This document shows, in pieces, positions 13,111 through 26,243 of a stretch of DNA of 64,000 nucleotides. The position numbers and the translations under genes were made by a program. This stretch comes from Mobula hypostoma (lineage: Eukaryota), in NCBI RefSeq assembly GCF_963921235.1, contig NC_086097.1:117120001-117184000 (forward strand), read 5' to 3'. Position 1 is the first letter of the stretch. Every line of letters begins with the position of its first letter. The notes beneath the pieces were generated by a model. It had not been told where the DNA came from and made no database searches. It worked only from the letters and a program-made list of their open reading frames with translations.

Positions 13111-13904
13111 TTCACTAAGCAACAAAACAACAACAGCAAAACAAGCCTCATTCTTCTCTCTCCCCACCCCAAACACACACAAACAAAGTCCTTTAACCCC
13201 AAGGCAGGCCATACTCTTCAGCCCCCAGTGGACGCAGATTCAGCCGTGGAAACAAAGACACTGGGCCTATCATCATGTTATTGATATTCGAATTCCCTGA
13301 ACATGATCTTCCCTCTGCAACGCCAAATAATTTGCTAAAGCAAACATCCAATGTGAATAGACATGACACTCACTAGTGTCGTTCCCAATGCAGCAAATGA
13401 TGCATCCTACACCACATAGATGAACATGCAAGTCATGTTTGTCACTTTCGAATCAATTCAGACCTCACTATCAGAAAAACTGCGTGGAATATCTCTGATA
13501 AATTCAGTTGTAGACTGAGCACCTGATAGTAAATCAAGGAACTAAAGGTAAATTGAATAACATCAAAGCATAGAAAAAATCCTCCAAAACATTTCTGCCT
13601 TGCGTTACTGGTTGTATGGGGTTATAATTGTCATGTGTAGATATTTCTTGAGGTCAATAGCATCAATAAAAGTCAGGTTAGCTAATAAAACTTTATTTTC
13701 AAACCCTGTGGTTCAAGCAATATATATTTAATCAATATCAAGTGGATAAGTGAGATTATTTTATAGCCATCTAGAAGGATAAGACAAGGAAATCTATGGA
13801 AAGGTGATGTCTTCCGATTCCACTGAGCCAGGCAACAGTCAATCTTGGGTAGAAACTCAGTGACATGTTGCACGTTCAGAGATGTTCTTCTCTACACCAA
13901 TTTG

Positions 13905-14375
13905 GTGACATATGAAATCTCTTCGAGCTTCTTATATTTTAGAGCCACTGAGTTGTGCGTTCTTTGTGAATGCATTAAAATACTTAGCCCTGAATAGATC
14001 CACTGAGACGTTGATGCTCAGGAACTTGAAGCTGTTTACCGTTTCCACCACCGACCATTCACTGAGGACTGGTGCATGTTCTCCTGACTTCCCCTTCTTG
14101 AAGTCTGCAATAAATTCCTTGATCTTGCTGATACTGAGTGTAAGATTGTTGTTGCGACACCACTCAGGAAGCAAATTTATTGAACTCCTTCACGCCTCCT
14201 TATCGCCATCTATGATTCTACCAGTAACGATAGGGTCATTGGTGAATTTATAGATGGTGAAAGTTTGAGTCATGCTTAGCCACAGTCATGAGCGTAGAGA
14301 GAGTACACCAGTTGCTAAACACACATTCTTGAGGTGCGCTGAAGTTGACTGTCAGCCAGGAGTAGATATTACTGA
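13905..14375 (-). mobile_element. Older Rex1/Babar RT fragment
   Basis: EWCRNNNLTLSISKIKEFIADFKK..FKFLSINVS, homologous to 11965-12282. Confidence 0.75.
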
Positions 14376-15194
14376 TGGCACTTGGTAAGCTTAACATGGA
14401 GACAAACGATTGTGATTTCACTGGGCTTTTGGTAGTTTGCATATATGATGTTCGTAGAACTAATATTCTTTCAGATCTCTGGAAAGAAATTAAAACATTG
14501 GGCAAAAGCAGGTTAAAAGGAGAGCTGGTGCGTTTCATTTTACACACAGATTATTGCGCTAAAGAATGACCTGTTCATGTTCCATTGGAAGCAGAATGGA
14601 GAGCTCACTACGACCCACTACTGGAGGAACATCCTTCCAAGTTGAAGATTTACCAGATCTAAGAAAGGCTACGATGGCAGTGACGGGAAATGTGAGCTAA
14701 GCACAGGCAGCAATCCCTTGTGTGTGTGGACACTTCACAATTCAATGGATTGATGGGGTGCCATGCTGTGAATAGGCCGACACTAGCACAAGATGCAAAC
14801 CAATCACTCCAGCAGATATTTCAACAGCTGGTACTGAGTTGCACGACATAGATATGAAACAATTATCGGAGGGCACGTGGTGTTTCTTCTGGATGTATTG
14901 ATCAATAAGCAACATGTCTACCAGAGACTATGATTCAAACATCATTGTCACATTGAATTCAGTCTGTGACACACTGAGGGGTTTCTTCTTGTTACTTATG
15001 CTTGATAAGTGAAGATTGTAGCTCGGACTTTAAAGTTTCATTTGATTTCAGTAATCACAGAAACGGCTATAGAGTCATGTAGTCAGAGATTGCTGCTCAC
15101 ATTATGATGCCTTGAGTTTTGTGACTGGTGGTCAGGCACACACTGGCAATGCCAAAAGAGATTTTGTCTAAGCTAGTTGCTTAATACGAATTAT

Positions 15195-15621
15195 TGTCAC
15201 AACCACGGATTTGGCAGCGCAGCAGATTCGGCAATTGCACTTGTGAATATGCACATGTCAGCTAATTATTATTTCATTGTGATAGTATTTAACTCCATTC
15301 ATTCCGTCATAATGCTAGTCGAGAGTTGAACCCAGCACAGCAACATTTCGCTGCTGGTTTGCATTTGGCCTTGCTTGAGAAAATGGACTGTCGGATCAAC
15401 TGACTCTGAAGACTCGCGGTATTCATTTTATATTTAGTTATTCCTTTCAGCAGCAGTGTAGGCTTTGTTTTGCATTTGAGAATTTCAGTTAATGGTTCTG
15501 TTTGGCCTAGCATTTATTGTTTCCTTTTCTCTCTAACTCTGTTTGCATTAAAGTCTGTGAACTATCGACCTGCTTTAGGGTTTCTTGCTCTGCACTTGGG
15601 CCATATCTGAATCCGGTGACA
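15195..15621 (+). mobile_element. Solo LTR (427 bp)
   Basis: TGTCAC...GTGACA inverted termini; near-TSD ATTAT/GTTAT; ATTAAA signal ~15548. Confidence 0.7.
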
Positions 15622-16549
15622 GTTATTTGGTCCAAGGTTACCAAAACTCATACAGGAAAAGAAGATATCATCTGCTTTTTTTATCAGTCTGAGGCAGGGC
15701 CTGATTACCTACACTGTAGGCTTCCTCAATCACTGACTGCACTTATCCTTGCTGAGGTAGCAATGAAAACATTTGACTAGGAGTTCTGGATGGTAACCTT
15801 TGAGGATATCTATGACACACTTGCACAAGGAACATGCTACCTGCAGGCACCGACTTTCTTCGGAGTTCGAAGTTCCAGTTTCTCCAGATGTACTCTCTCA
15901 TCACTGCACCATTTGCCCAGTGGTTATCTGAAGACATTATGGTGAAATGTCTCTCTGATCATTAGACAACATCTGTTTCAATGCTGTGCTACACTTCATC
16001 GAGGATGGTCACCTTGTTGTGTTGGAGAGGCTTGTGAGTTCCTGAGATCCCAAGAGTTCAGCCACCTGATATGGTCACCCATGCGAGATATTCGATCGAA
16101 GAGTGGAGCTGGCAGGAGATGATGTCACATCACAATGGCAGTGGAGGCTGCAGCAGTGCAAGGTCCCCAGTCGACTCTCACTCTATAGAAATGGTCCCTT
16201 CCCCTGAGCTGTCAAGACGTGGTGGCCGTCCACTTTGAACAAAGTCACACATAGGTGCTTTCCTTTAAGGGAATCTACCCTAACAACCCAGATTAAGTCC
16301 CATGGCGACCTGAAAGTGGCTAAAGGGGCAGGAACGTGAGATCTGGAAACGCACACCAGCACAACATATAGATCCCAGTTCGGACTCTACAACCACCTGA
16401 AGACCCACCAATAAACAACCCCTGGAGAGAACATTAAACTCAACGTGAGTGCTCGCACTACTATTACACAAGAGAATTTAAGATTGTTCTATGAATCTCT
16501 TACTTAGATCTTAACCTTTATGTGACAATCATAATTAGTATTAGATTAC

Positions 16550-16885
16550 GCAAACAACAGGAATTCTGCAGATGCTGGAAATTCAAGCAACACACATCAA
16601 AGTTGCTGGTGAACGCAGCAGGCCAGGCAGCATCTCTAGGAAGAGGTACAGTCGACGTTTCAGGCCAAGACCCTTCGTCAGGACTAACTGAAGGAAGAGT
16701 TAGTAAGAGATTTGAAAGTGGGAGGGGAAGGGGGAGATCCAAACTGATAGGAGAAGACAGGAGGGGGAGGGATGGAGCCAAGAGCTGGACAGGTGATTGG
16801 CAAAAAGGATATGAGAGGATCATGGGACAGGAGGCCCAGGGAGAAAGAAAAGAGGTGGGGGGGGGGAACCCAGAGGATGGGCAAA
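16550..16885 (-). mobile_element. Penelope-like element 3' terminal repeat fragment
   Basis: Near-identical to the ends of the Penelope copies at 53040-54027, 48745-49053 and 63815-64000. Confidence 0.85.
16650..16685 (-). ncRNA. Minimal type I hammerhead ribozyme motif (intact core)
   Basis: Minus strand: AGTC-CTGACGA-AGG(GTCTTGG)CCT-GAAACGTC-GACT. Stem I AGTC/GACT, core CUGANGA and GAAA, palindromic ACGU stem III, GUC cleavage triplet. Confidence 0.8.
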
Positions 16886-17811
16886 CCCAAAGAATCACTC
16901 TAAAACACTCCATTTAAAATAGTAAATGTATCTCTCACTTCGGCTAGCAGCTTAATCTAGGGGGTGATAGCCCTAGCCTGGCCAAACTTAAGAAATCTCA
17001 TTTGGGTTGATGCTGCACGATGTGTGTGTCCCCTATTACAAATCAGTATCCCGAAATAACAAACAGTACACAATATGCGATTAAACAATTAAGCTTTATG
17101 ATTCTTACTTTGACTATATGATTAGTAAAGAAACAAAAAAAAGGAAATAAAAGGGCACATTCTTGTTAAACAGTCTATTCTGCAATGTTGGAGCTCACTG
17201 ATAAGCCAATCGTCCACCATCGACCGCCTCCGATTGTCGCAGCCCTTCGGACCCTCGTTCCAAGTCCACTCTATCCGGCGGTCTACCAACTCTCTCCATT
17301 CACGGTCTTCTGTCATGGAGAGATGAGGGGAGATCTTCATCTCTCCCAAGCAAAAGACCGCAAAAATCTCTCTTCCAGCTGACAAGAAAGAACAACAGCA
17401 TTCCTAACCCCATTATCTCTAGTCATAACCCAAACATTGCTGCTATGGAGAAACCATTACATTATCAGTGAAACCTTACATCATGTTACACAGCAGTGAA
17501 ACCCTACAGTACATTACACAAGGTAACTTTAGCTCCATGCCTAGACTGTTGTGACGAATGGTGTTACAAATTCTGTTAGATTACCTTCTCAATCTGCCTT
17601 TCCAGCCATCTTGTGTACGTTCACCTGATGTCAGAAGGAAAATATCTCATTTGGGATGTAAACCATGGTGCCACCTCCTATTTCCAGATTCTTATCTCCA
17701 CATTGCTTCCTCACAACATTGTTATACTGAACCTTTAACATGGTCATTAGATGTGTAGATCCCCATGATCCAAATAAATCCATTTCCATAGTGACTTGAA
17801 CACTGGGATTA

Positions 17812-18575
17812 GTTGAATTGAATTGACTTTATTTCTTACATCCTTCACATACGTGAGGAGTAAAGATCTTTACGTTACGTCTCCATCTAAATGTACAATG
17901 TGCAATCATAGTAATTTATAACCATATAACCATATAACAATTACAGCACGGAAACAGACCATCTTGGCCCTTCTAGTCCGTGCCGAACTCCTACTCTCAC
18001 CTAGTCCCACCGACCTGCACTCAGCCCATAATCCTCCATTCCTTTCCTGTCCATATCTCTATCGAATTTAACTTTAAATGACAACATCGAACCTGCCTCA
18101 ACCACTTCTGCTGGAAGCTCATTCCACACAGCTACCACTCTCTGAGTAAAGAAGTTCCCCCTCATGTTACCCCTAAATTTTTGCCCTTTAACTCTCATGT
18201 CCTCCTGTTTGAATCTCCCCCACTCTCAATGGAAAAAGCCTATCCACGTCAACTCTGTCTATCCCCCTCATAGTTTTAAATACCTCTCTCAACCTTCTAC
18301 GCTCCAAAGAATAAAGCTCAATTTGTTATAATGATTTATAATAAATAGAACAGTCAATGTAACATAGAAATACACTCAAATCAGCATGAGTTAATCAGTC
18401 CGATGGCCTAGCGGAAGAAGCTGTCCCGGAGCCTGTTAGTCTTGGCTTTTATGCGGCGGTACCGCTTCCCGGATGGTAGCAGCTGGAATAGATTGTGGTC
18501 AGGGTGATTTGGGTCCCCAGTGATCCTTCGGACACTTTTTTACACCTGTCTTTGCAATGTCCTGAATCATGGGAG
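17812..18575 (-). mobile_element. Rex1-like 3' fragment with a nested CR1 3' fragment (~17920-18320)
   Basis: Reverse-complement match to 3530-3880. The nested piece encodes FRGNMRGNFFTQRVVAVWNELP (CR1 C-terminus) and has an (ACCATATA)n tail. Confidence 0.75.
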
Positions 18576-18629
18576 TCACTATTTATCAATGAGATCCCAC
18601 CTCATTTACAAGAATTAAAACTTACTAAA

Positions 18630-19000
18630 TATTGAAAGGCTTATATAGAGTGGATGTGGAGAGGATGTTTGCATTAGCGGGGGATTCTAGGACCAGAGGG
18701 CACAGCCTCAGAATACAAGAGATTCCTTTTAAAACAGAGATGAGGAAGAAATTCTTTAGCCAGAGGGCTGAGAATCATCTTATTTGGAATTCATTGCCAC
18801 AGACAACTGTGGAGACCAAGTCATTGGGTATATTTAAAGCAGAGATTGACAGTTCTTGATTAGTAAGGGCATCAAACGTTATGGGGAAAAAGCAGGAGAA
18901 TGGGGTTGAGAGGGATAATAAATCAGCCAATATGAAATGGTGGAGCAGACTCGATGGGCCAACTGACCTAATTCTGCACCTATGGCTTGTGGTCTTAGAC
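18630..19000 (+). mobile_element. CR1 3' fragment
   Basis: SRTRGHSLRI..FKTEMRKKFFSQR..WNSLP, followed by a CR1 3' UTR. Confidence 0.8.
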
Positions 19001-20970
19001 TATTTGATAACAGAGTTCATTGGCCTCTTTAAAAATAGTCATACAAGTTGCCAAGATGTTAATTCAAAGGAATTTCTCACAGATCCACAAAATCCAGAAG
19101 CGCTGTGTGTGTTATATCATTTACTGCACGCACAACCTTGATCATCTGCATTCAAATTACAATTAATTTTTTAAATTACAATTTTTACTCAGAGAGTGAC
19201 GAGTGAAGGAACACTCTGCCAGGGCTGCTGGCTGAGAGAGGTACATTAGGGTCATTTAAGAACCTTTTTAGATAAGCACATGGATGATAGAAAAATGCAG
19301 GGCTATGTGGAATGATCTGAGAGCAGGATGAAAGTTCCCACAACATAACAGCAAAGGGCCAGTCCTGTGCTGTAATGTCCTCAAGTTGCATTTGCTTTAT
19401 TGAGAAAATCTTTCACGTATCGCCTTCAGGTAAAAAAAAAGTCTTCCATGATGCAAGGTAGATTGGCTGCTCGGTTGCCGTTCAAATATTAGGTTGCAGT
19501 TCCATTATATGACAGGTCTGAGCAGTTCCTAATACTTTTCTCGGCAGACTATGGCACTTTGCATCAGGAGTGCAATTTATGTGACACGCTTACCTGCCGA
19601 TACAAAGCTTCATTCTCTGGCAATGAATTTTTAATGCTTTGAGGGAGCAACAGGAAAAACTGCACTCTCTTAACATTAAAAAAAACTCTGTAGTATGATT
19701 ATAAATTAACTAGTAGAAAAGAATAGTGCTTCAGGCCTTAACTTAATCCTGACTTTGTAATGTTCTCTCGTTATTATTTACCTCTTGTCAAATTGCAGGC
19801 TGTGTAAATTGACCCAGAGCTGCTTTATTGCATATAAAACTACTGCCAGGATGTGGTTATATTGTTAATTTCTCACTGACGCAGAGTTAAACATGGGTCA
19901 AAATAAGGGTTCATTTGGAAATGACTTGCATCTCAGTGAAATCAAGAAAACAGCATCTATTGTGTTTGATGGAAGGCATTTTCAATTCGGTAAGGAAGAC
20001 CCAAGTGGCTTATTGTGGGCAATGAGTAACTGAGCAATGTACTCTGGAGATTCATGAAACCAAATCCTAAACTCTTTGTTTGTTAGTTTTGTATTTGCTC
20101 CTCGTCTTCTTTTGCACACCGGTTACTTCTCAGTCTCTGTACATAGTTTCTCACTGGATCTGTGTAATTGTGAGTGCCTGTAAGAAAATAAATCTCACGG
20201 CAGTACATGGTGACATATTCATTCTTTCAAAATAAATTTACATTGAACTTTGAAATCTGAAACTGCAAATACAAAAGCAATAATAATAAATAAATAAACC
20301 AACAAATAAAAACAAAGAAATAAGCAAAGAAATATATAAATAAATCTCTGAAGGAATTGTAGAGTTCTTGAAAATGAGTTGAAAGGTTGTGGAATCTGTT
20401 CAGAGTTGAGATGAGTGAAGTTATCCACGCTGGTTGAAGCCTGGTGGTTGAAGGGTAATAACTGTTCCTGAACCTGTTGTTCTGAGACCCAAGGTTCCTG
20501 TGCCTCCATCTTGATGGCAGCAGCAAGAGGAGAGCATGGCCTGGATGATGGGAATTCTGGATGACGACAGCGTAGTTTATATGCGTAGTTTTGTTTCGGT
20601 GTGATTCAAGTCCATTTCTGGAACGGTGACAAAAGCAGTAATGCCCAAGAGAAGAACCACTCCTCCCACAAACATAGTCCAAATCATTTCTGTTAACAAA
20701 CATATTCCAGTTAGACATTTCAATCAAATTTCCTGGCCATTTTCTTCATAACAGCTTGACACAGCAACAGTCTATTGAAATCATGTTTATTTCAGTGGCC
20801 CTTGTGACAGTGATATTTGCTGAGGATGAGGAGGGAGAGGAATTAGAGAGTGTAATTTTAGCCAGCCATGTTTGTGAGGATGAGGGGTAACTTTGAATTC
20901 AACGATTTTAAAAACCTTCTGAACATGGGCTACAGGAATAGCCCCAGTTACCAATGACAGGTGGATTCTA

Positions 20971-21532
20971 CACTCAGCGGCCACTTCATTAGGTACACCT
21001 GTACACCTGTTCATTAATGCAAATATCTATTCAGCCAATCATGTGGCAGCAACTCAATGCACAAAAGCACGTGGACATGGTCAGGAGGGTCAGTAATTGA
21101 TTAGACCAAACATTAGAATGGGGAATAAATATGATCTAAGTGATTTTGGCTATGAAATGTTTGTTGGTGCCAGACAGGGAGGTTTGAGTATTTCAGAAAC
21201 TGCTGATATCTTGAGATTTTCACAGAAAACAGTATCTAGAGTTTACAGAGAATGATGCAAAATAACAAAAAAAAATCCAGCGAAGGGCAGTTCTGTGGGA
21301 GTAACCACCCTGTTAATGAGAAAGGTCAGAGGAGAATGGCCAGACTGGTTCAAACTGACGGAAAGTTGACAGTAACTCAGATAACCCCACAGTGGTGTGC
21401 AGAAGAACAACACTGGATCCACAACGTGTCAAACCTTGAAGTGGATGGTCTTAAGCAGTGGAAGGCCATGAACAAACTCTCATTGGCCACCTTATTAGGT
21501 ATAGGATTACCTAACAAAGTGGCCCCTGAGCG
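20971..21532 (+). mobile_element. Non-autonomous Tc1/mariner element
   Basis: TIRs CACTCAGCGGCCACTTCATTAGGTA / TACCTAACAAAGTGGCCCCTGAGCG, with TA on the left. Internal transposase N-terminus from 21118: MGNKYDLSDFGYEMFVGARQGGLSISETADILRFSQKTVSRVYRE*. Confidence 0.85.
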
Positions 21533-21834
21533 TTAGTAATGTAGATTTTAGAATCAGTCAGTATTTCAGATCTGCATGTCAAATGATGGGTCTCAAATCT
21601 CAGTAGATTACTGATTGCAGCAGGATTAAATTCGTAGAGTGAAGAAACCTGCCACTGAAGGAAAGCAGGAACTGGAATATGCTCTTTTAGCTTTAAATAT
21701 GAAGCAGGGTAACTTGAAGGAATTTTCCAGTAGTTCTCACTGTCTTCTTTCCTCCCCACTAACCACAACCCCAACCCCAATCCAAACTAACACAAACCTA
21801 CTTCCCTGCGAATAAACAAGACATATATTTCAGT

Positions 21835-22418
21835 TGGAGTTTGAGGAGATTTGGTATGTCACCAAAGACACTCGCAAACTTCTACAGATGTACTGTGGAG
21901 AGCATTCTAACTGACTGCATCACCATCTGGTATGGCCGGGTTGGGGGGGGGGGGGTGGTGGTTGCTACTACACAGGATCGAAATAAGCTGCAGAACATTG
22001 TAAACTTTGTCAGCTCCGTCATGGGCATCAGCCTCTATAGTACCTAGGACATCTTCAAGGAGTGATGCCTCAAAAGTTGGCATCAAACTTTAAGGATCCC
22101 CTTCACCCAGGACATGCCCTGTTCTCATTGCTACCATCAGGAAGGAGGTACAGGAGCCTGAAGGCACACAGACTCAATGATTCAGGAACAGCTTCTTCCC
22201 CTCCACCATCAGCTTTCTGAATGGTCATTCAACCCATGAACACTACCTCACTACTCCATTTATTTCTATTTTTGCACGACTTATTTAATTTAACTATTTA
22301 ATACACCGTATATACACTTAATGTAATTCACAATTTTTTCTGTTATTATGTATTGCTGTTGCAAAAACAACAAATTTCACAACATATGCCGGTAAAGTTA
22401 AACCTGATTCTTATTCTG
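21835..22418 (+). mobile_element. Rex1/Babar 3' fragment
   Basis: RRFGMSPKTLANFYRCTVESILTDCITIWYG; tail AAACCTGATTCTTATTCTGA. Confidence 0.8.
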
Positions 22419-22554
22419 ACAAGTCACCAGCACCTACCTGTGCTTGTCTTCTGGTTCTCAGGTTTTTAAACCAGTGTTCTCCAATTCCGTCACAAATACT
22501 GATCCTTCAGTCCCTCTACATTTTATTAAATGCCACTCGTAATCTCTGGAACTG

Positions 22555-22715
22555 GGTGGCAAGGTGGCACAGTGGTAGTTCTGGTGCCTCAGTGCACAAG
22601 GAACCTGGTTTCAGTACTGACCTCAGGTGCTGCCTGTGTGGATTTTGCCCACTATTACAATTTCCCATTTCTTCCCACATCCTAAAATGTGTGGGTTAGT
22701 AATTTCGTTGGCCAC
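22555..22715 (+). mobile_element. Degenerate tRNA-SINE head
   Basis: A-box-like TGGCACAGTGG, B-box-like GGTTTCAGTAC, then TGTGTGGATTTTG (decayed V-domain start). Confidence 0.55.
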
Positions 22716-24601
22716 TTCAAACTTTGACAAACCTTTGAAGATGAACTTTATTTAGTCAAGAATGTTTGCTTTTCCATATATGAGAAGATATAATAGAATC
22801 GGGAGAGTCAAAAAAAGATTTAGGAATAAAAATGGGTCATGCCTGAAAAAGGTATATAAATTTAGGTAAAACGTTCATTTTAAGAGAGTAAATTTGGCCA
22901 ATCAAGGATAATGAAAAAGGCAACTAGCTTGATAGTGTCCTTTTCACAAAATTCAGTAAGGTAAGAAAATTTTCATTAAATAGGCATTTATAATTCTTGC
23001 TAATTGTTACACCCAAATAGGTAAATTGATTTCTTACAATTTTAACAGGAAGGTTTGTATTTATAACCATATGACCATATAACAATTACAGCATGGAAAC
23101 AGGCCATCTCGGCCCTCCTAGTCCGTGCCGAACTCTTACTCTCATCTAGCCACCTATTTCTTCTTTTGTATTTGCACAGTTTGTCTGGTTGAAAGCCCTA
23201 GTTGGGCAGCCTTTCATTAATTCTGTTATGGTTGTTATTCTATTGATTCATTAAATGTGCCCACAAGAAGTGAACCTAAGGCTGTATCTGGTGCCACATA
23301 AGTACTTTGGTAATAAAATTGATTTTGAACTTTGAAAATGCTTATAATGTGCCGAGGGTTTGAATTTGGTAGGAATGTGCAAGAATTTAAAATGCTGATT
23401 AGTGTCAGAATAATTATAATTGGATGGTTCACATCAGCATGGGCTCAGTGGCGAGAAAGCTTGATTCTGTGATGTATCTTTCTCCGACACCATGAACACT
23501 AGCTAACGCTACAGCCATTCACAACCTCTTAACCAACTCGCTCTCTATTCTTTCCCCAATAATTGCAGCTTTCTCAAACACTATCATCAAAGTACATCTT
23601 CCACGTGGCATGATGCACATATTGTAATCACAAATACTACCTCCTCTGTAAATACCGCGAACAAAGTGGTGTCAGCAGTTGCTTCTGTCTGGACCTGGCA
23701 GCTTCCTGTGCATGTCATTTTCACTACCAAGCTGTGCCCACCTAGATTATCATAAAGGACACATAAGAGCTTCAAAACGTGGTGGAGGTTCAAATTACAT
23801 CGATAAATCTGGTCTTGCAAAGTTCCTTCGGCATAAGTGACAAAGTAGAGGACTGAACTACTGAACTAAGAGTAATAAACTGGTCTGGACTTTGCAATGA
23901 AACAGAGCCCATCTACGCTTAGCCAAATCCCATATCTCACCACTGCTCACCTGACTTCTGGGACTACTGTCACAGACATTTGGTTCCTGCTATGTTAAAG
24001 TCAAAAAAGTCTCAAAGACATCGGCGTGGAAAAAAAAACCTTCATTCAGCTAACTTTGACCAGATGTGTTCACATCCTTAAGATCAAAGTTCATGGGAAA
24101 GTTATCATCAAAGTACATACACCTCACCAGATACTACCTTGGGTTTTTTTCTTCCAGGCATGCAGAGCAGAACAGAGAAATACAGTAGAATCCATGACAA
24201 ACTAGACACAAGCAAAGACTGACAAACAACCAATGTGTGAAAGAAGACAAAACTGTGTAAATAAAAAATAAATTCAAAGATTCAAAGCACATTTATTATC
24301 AAAGTATGTGAGCAGTACACAACCCTGAGATTTGTCTTCCCGCAGGCAAACACAGAACAAAGAAACTCCATGGAACCCATTCAAAGAGAACATCAAACAC
24401 CCAATGCATGAACAAGAAGAACAAATCGCACAAGCATCAAATAACGGACAGGACATGAAACATTAAACCAGAGTCCTTGAAACAGTTTAGGAATGTTTTG
24501 ATTACTTCAGTTTAGTTCACTCTATCCCTGTGTCATTCGCTAGCTGCAGGCCACAGAGCCTGTTGTTGTCAAAGCGTGCTGATCAAAATCGCGCTAAATA
24601 G

Positions 24602-25458
24602 TGTTACGAGAATACACATAAAATTAAGATGTTTGCTGGCCTGGGTTAGCATCAGTGACATCAGCAGTTGGTCTGCCACCTGCCCTCAGGGGAAGGAGAG
24701 ATAAGGAACAATGGAGCAGCGTCTGGAGATGTGTAATGAAGGGACGTGGGAGAGAGAGAGCTGTCTGGAGCGGCTCCCCCTTTGAACCCTGAGCTGTTTG
24801 AAGTGATGGACAGGCGATACCCCAGCAGGGGGATAAAAAGGGACAGGTTCGCTAAGACAGACACACACGCCACCCGAGGTAACGAGACCCTGGAAGTGGT
24901 GCGCCTCTCACGAGTGGGTGAGAAGTACCAGATAACGACAAGGGTGGAAAGGTACGATCAGCGGGAACCCGGTGTGTGTCCGCCCTTGCCTGGGTGCCGG
25001 GTTCACTGCAGAGGATCGACCGCATCTGGAGGAGGGGTCACAGTCGGTGACCTCAGGTGACATCACCAAGGACCCGCCCAAAAGTTGCTTGTGAGCAATC
25101 TCGCTGGTCTGTGAGTGAAGCAGTATTCTGAATGATCAGTTGTTCCTGTTCCCTCTCTCTCTCCCCCCACGTTGTCCCTCGCCATGGCAACGATTACTGC
25201 GAACTGAACTGGACTGAACTTTGAGTCATTTTGAAATTTGGTCATTTACCCCCTAGACAACGATAGAGCTTGATTGATGCTGTTATCTTAATTCTGTGCA
25301 CATGTGTGGTTATCATTGTTGAACTGTTGCATTTATTATCCTTTCGATTACTGTGTTGCTTGTTTCTTTAATAAAACTTTCTTAGTTCTAGTACTCCAGA
25401 CTCCAACTGAGTGATCCATTTCTGCTGGTTTGGCAACCCAGTTACGGGGTACGTAACA
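24602..25458 (+). mobile_element. Solo LTR (857 bp), Gypsy/ERV type
   Basis: TGTTAC...GTAACA termini; perfect 4-bp TSD ATAG; TATA-like GATAAAAAG ~24832; AATAAA 25370-25375. Confidence 0.88.
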
Positions 25459-26243
25459 ATAGCAATTAAAAAAAAGAGTAACCGGAAACCAGAAACATCA
25501 GCTGCAGAGTCATCTAAAAAGAAGTCCGATCCACACGGCACACTGATGAAACTCTGCCCAATACCCAAAACTCCCGCAAATTCCTCCAGCACAATGCACA
25601 CATTTTAAAGATTTCACTCTTCATCGACACTTTAATCGGCCAGATCAGAGAGTAATGGAGCCAATCATGAATTTGCGCTCTGCCATTAGGCCACGCACTG
25701 CATTCTCAACCTTGCTATCAACCACGCCAGATTCCCCCAGAGACAGCAAAAGTACCAGATCGCACACTCTGCTCAAAAACACATCAGCAAAATGCAAATT
25801 CCAGGCTCCAATTACACGCAGTTCAGTATTAAAAGCATATTTAAAAGAAGAAATAGTTTCATGAACGGTCTGAGAACCCGAGTTACAGACGCCTTGAAAG
25901 GGAGTCCTTAGGTTGTGGGATCGGTTCAGAATTGGGGTGAGTGGGGTTATCCACACTGGTTCAGGAGCCTGATGGTTGAAGGGTAATAGCTGTTCTTGTT
26001 GTATGGACTGCTACTGAATACTTTACTCGAACCTAATGGACTACTAAAATGTAATTAAGTTGTGAAATGAATAAAGATTGTCAAGGCTAAAAGTAAATAA
26101 AAGAGCTGTCAAATTAAAACTGCCAGTTCTCTGTTTGCCAGTAACTCCGTTCTCTTTAACTTTCATGAGGCTCTGCTGAGACCCAAAGCAAAGCAGCACA
26201 ACACACTTTGCAATATGCCCCTGACTAGAGTGACTTTGTTTTT

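Noticed and set aside
14400..14487. Good minus-strand acceptor TTTTAATTTCTTTCCAG
   Set aside because: Two frames stop almost at once, the third is uninformative, and there is no clear donor.
16927..17520. LTR-like segment (and another at ~45487-45776)
   Set aside because: Composition is suggestive, but I could not fix matching termini or a TSD.
20577..20689. Hydrophobic minus-strand frame MIWTMFVGGVVLLLGITAFVTV
   Set aside because: Weak acceptor, no recognisable family, and it abuts a repeat; chance is likely.
23640..23742. Possible minus-strand exon containing VKMTCTGS
   Set aside because: Only a short resemblance to a V-domain B strand; no Trp or second Cys in the expected positions.
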